Shown: positions 60,136-64,000 of the stretch, in pieces
How positions within the stretch are numbered: the first letter of the stretch is position 1
How the letters are laid out: each line of letters begins with the position of its first letter
Assembly: GCA_951406725.2 (NCBI GenBank)
Contig: OX597815.1
Coordinates: 134,106,001 to 134,170,000, forward strand
Source: Octopus vulgaris
Lineage: Eukaryota
DNA: 64,000 nt
Direction of reading: 5' to 3'
Made by a program: the position numbers and the translations under genes
Notes under the pieces: generated by a model
Database searches by the model: none
What the model saw: the letters and a program-made list of their open reading frames with translations, nothing else
Told to the model about the DNA's origin: nothing

Positions 60136-61965
60136 TATAGCTGTATACCTGTGTGTTTAAGGTGGTTGCATCCCAATCTTGTAGTTTGCATTCAGTTTTG
60201 CTGTGCAGTACCATGGATAAGTATCTTCTAATATAGACCTGGCTTGACCAAAATCTTGTGAATGGAGCTGATAGATAGAAGCTGAAAAAAGCTTGTGTGT
60301 GTGTTTGTTTGTTTGTGCTTCCTTTTCTTGACATCATGTGATAGTTTTAAATTAATGTCACCATCATACAAACAGTTTTATTTGTTTCCAGTCTTCCACA
60401 TAAACATGTCCAGTCACTTGGAAACAAGTGATGGTTGGCAACAGGAGGAGCATCCAACTATAGAGAATCTACCTCAACAAATTCTGTTTGATCCATGCAA
60501 GCATGGCAAAGTGAATATTAAGGTGACGATTGATATATCTCATCTGTATTGGCCAGACTATTGGTTGTTGTTGTTGTTGTTGCTATACACCGCTGCTTCT
60601 AATTCTTTCTTGATTGCATTATTCTTATCTATCTTGGCCCAAATTTGTTTTTAATAAGCCATCTTCCTATCATCGTGGAGCTCTACTGAGTGGCCTTTTC
60701 TCATCTCTAGGCTACCACTCAGCAACTGTACACATACATACCAGTTTGACAACACTGGAAGGATGACATGACTAACTATACTATTTTTGCTTGTAGGCAT
60801 CTGGTATATTAATCAACCACCTTAAACACACAGGTATACAGCTATATTGCATATAAAGTTATATACATAAAGTACAAATTATGTTTCTTTATTAGCCACA
60901 CAGGGCTGCACAAAGACGGGTCAAATTACAAGGTAGAGCTTTTCTTTTGGGGATAAAAAAAAAGGGGGTTTGGTTTTCGATCAAAAGCCTTCTTCAGGAG
61001 TCTTGGGGAAATTTCGAACCTGGGTTCTCACTCCTAAGGTATTTTTCATTGTTGTTGTTGTTCAGGTCACTGCTTGGAATCGAACTCGGAATCTTGGGGT
61101 TAGTAGCCCGCACTCTTATCCACTACACCATCACTGCTTGGAATCAAACTCGGAATCTTGCGGTTAGTAGCCTGCACTCTTAACTACTATGCCGTGGGCA
61201 TACGACATAGTGGTTAAGAGCATGAGCTACTAACCCCAACGTGTCAACAACAAACAAAATGAGAACAAATATCCATCGAATGTAAATAATATTATTGTTA
61301 TTATTAAGGTGGTGAGCTGGCTGACTTATTAGCATGTTAAATGAAATGCTTACTGGTATTTCATCTGTCTTTACAGTCTGAGTTCAAATTCTGTCAAGGT
61401 TGACTTTGAACTAGCAGAGTCATTGGCACACTGGACAAAATGCTTAACACCATTTCCTTTGGCTTTATGTTCTGAGTTCAAATTTTGCTGTTGTCGACTT
61501 TGCCTTTTATCCTTTTTGAGGTTGATATAGTAGGTACCAGTCAAGCACTGGGGTTGATGTAATCAATTAGCCCTTCTCTGAAAGTTTCAGGCCTTCTGCA
61601 AATAATTCAAAATATTATTGCACATGCATGTGCACACACACACACACACAATGGGCTTCTACTTGTTCAACTTGAGATTACAGTATAAGACATGTATCCT
61701 AGGTGGCATGAGGTGGGATTAATTCTTGAACTATGTGGTTGCTAAGTGAACTTCTTAACTACATGACTGTGCCTTTGTTTCCTTTCAGATTTTGCTTATA
61801 TTTGTTGGAAGAGACACAATACCTGCAGCTATTTCTTTTTTAAAGTTTTCTTATCAATCCTAAACTGAACAAAAACAAGCAACTGGATTAGACTGTAGAT
61901 CTATTATATCAGTGTCTTTGACTATAGATCAAGGTTGACCCGAATCTAAATAGCAGTGAAGCAGT

Positions 61966-62207
61966 TGTAGTGAATGCAGGAGATTAGAAGTAAGACACCT
62001 GTCAGGTGGTAACGTATCCTTCCACATGGCCCGTCCTGAAATGCTAAAAGTAGCAGCTGCTTTCCCTCACCTTGACGAAGCACTAACCCGTCCTGTGCTC
62101 ACGACTTCCCTGATCAAAAAGGGCGCAATCTTCACCTGCGTGTGTGCGCGTCACCTGCATGCCCTTCCTCTTCCAGTCAGCTCCCCCGCTGCTGATGTCA
62201 TTCCACA
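61966..62207 (-). mobile_element. 3' LTR of the Gypsy element
   Basis: Minus strand starts TGTGGAATG after a purine-rich tract and ends CATTCACTACA (TG...CA with short inverted termini). Confidence 0.7.
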
Positions 62208-64000
62208 TGCCACCCTGATCCTAAAGATCCCCCCCCACTGCATGTCGATGTCCACCATCCAACCGGGTGGGCACCTTACATGTTGAGATCTCCTCAAGCT
62301 AGGCATCTCACTCTCCTCCTCTCCACAATCATCATCCGATGAGGCGATAATCCTGTGAAGGTCGAAAATGTGACGTGGCATTCCATCCACGGAGATGTTT
62401 CTGGAATTGACTGCTGTCACTGTTCCGCTGCTCCATTTGAGATGTACAGCGCACCTTCGGTGGCTTAACCCAAACTCCTCCCTCCCCTATTTTCATGGAG
62501 GTGGGTTCCTTCTCTTCCTCGTGGCACTCCGGCACTTTACTGGGATGCCTCCATTCATATTTAAATACTACTCTGTGTGGCACAGATACTTTAGCTGGTC
62601 CAGATCAGGGAAACATGTTATACCAGAAAACTGCTTCGAGTGGTGAAATGTGTCCTCTTTCCACCATGGCCTTGATTGTCCTATGGTGCCCCTCTACGAT
62701 TCCATTACTGCTCGGCCTATACACTGCTCTGAACAAGCGACGCACTTTCCACCTGTCAAGCATATCCCTCAACACTTCCGAATGAAATACCACCCCATTG
62801 TCCATTAGCAGTTCTTCCACAGGACTCCTCTCTAAAATATCCCATTCAAAATCTGCGCAATCTCATCAACAATGCTTGTCCTCAACTCCCTCCAAATGGC
62901 TATCCAGCCCAGCCCACAGTCGACCATGGAGAGATACATTCCCTGATTGTAGTGTGTCACATCCACAGCTAGTCTCTTCCAGTTGTGCTCTACCGAAAGG
63001 TTTCCTTGCTCATGCCCACATCGGGCAGGGTCAATGGATTGGCACCTGTCACAGCTCCTGACCACTTTCCGGATCTTTCTCCTAGTGACATCAGCATCAA
63101 TCATCTTCGCGAGATACAGGGTCCTGTCCACACCCAAGTGATGCATAGTGTGCAGTCTCTTCAGTTCAGAGTCATCCAACAAACACGCTGCAACTATCCC
63201 TTTCTTTACCTCCTCCGGTTCCTCCAACCACGCCCTTTTCAACCTGGTCAGTGCGTCTGCCCTGTTTCTTTCCAAAGGCACATAAGCCACGTTCAGCTTT
63301 AGTCCGAACTCGGCAATCAGCTCTCCTAGAACACCAAACGGTCCCGCATTCCGTCTTGCACACACACCAGTTTCCCCTAACTGTGTCTTCTGCTCTCATC
63401 CTCTCTAGGATTTCCCACATCATTGCTACCGTCCCCTCTCTCACGTCGCTCTAACTCTCCCCCTCTGCTCGTCTCTTGGTGTAACTGCATGCTGTGCGCA
63501 GCCATCCAGCGATCGAGTAGTGACCGATCAACTTCCCACACATCGAGAACAGCTCTCTCCTGCTGACGCTGGAACTCAGCTCTGGGATTTCATTTCCTCT
63601 CCAGAACACCAACTCACCCAATCTATCTCTTCATAGCTTCAGTCCCAGTGCAGCTCCCTCTACCATCGATTCCAGTGGCTTTGCAACCAGCCTGAACTTC
63701 TCCAGATGTCTCACTACCTCAGTGGCTGGCACTACAGTCTCGTCCACCAAAACGTCGTCTATGTAGGAACTGGTGACCTTTCTTATCTTGTCCTCTTTCC
63801 ATGATCTTGCCATGATCTTCGGAGTGGAATTCAGTCCAAAGCCCAGCCTGGTTAAACTGTACATCCGGCCTTTGTGCCACGCCAGCTGATATCGCCACAG
63901 TTTGTCACTCACATGGAGCTGCAAATATGCCGTCTTCAAGTCGACGGTTGTTGCTACCTTGGTTGACTGCCTCCACACATGTAACGTCTCGCCACAAACG
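62208..64000 (-). mobile_element. Gypsy LTR retrotransposon pol (RT, partial RNase H, integrase), frameshifted and running off the window
   Basis: VDLKTAYLQL..RLGFGLNSTP..SYIDDVLV; YVP.ERNRADALTR; HTMHHLGVDRT..CDRCQ; WKRLAVDVTH..MVDC; LLMDNG; SNGIVEGHHRTIK. Confidence 0.93.

Larger units (their letters stand above)
55966..61240. repeat. Complex duplication/inversion: 55966-56782 copied to 58495-60816 (Helitron-interrupted), then an inverted copy at 60814-61239
   Basis: Near-identical ORFs 56267/60295 and 58316(-)/60947(+); junction sequences are readable. Confidence 0.92.

Overview
AT-rich, repeat-dominated eukaryotic DNA; the SINE/LINE families look like those of an octopus (coleoid cephalopod), which is my inference. 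I cannot support any host protein-coding exon. The interpretable protein fragments all come from transposons: Merlin, L1/Tx1, Penelope GIY-YIG, RTE RT with an inserted C4HC3 finger, CR1, hAT, Tc1/mariner, Gypsy gag and pol, and a Helitron PIF1 helicase. Most other long ORFs are microsatellite artefacts. Main points: (1) five minus-strand hammerhead-ribozyme motifs from different Penelope-type repeats, one (5566-5651) with a fully canonical core; (2) a reconstructable duplication/inversion at 56-61 kb, later hit by a Helitron whose empty site survives twice in the window; (3) a 53-bp patchwork templated insertion at 48744-48796 copied from 1.37 kb away; (4) a ~710-bp near-perfect palindrome; (5) a CpG-retaining block at ~41-49.8 kb with promoter-like motifs (including a triplicated SOX+E2F module) and strong minus-strand splice signals, suggesting the non-coding 5' end of a leftward transcript. 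Coordinates of degenerate repeats are approximate and were read by eye.
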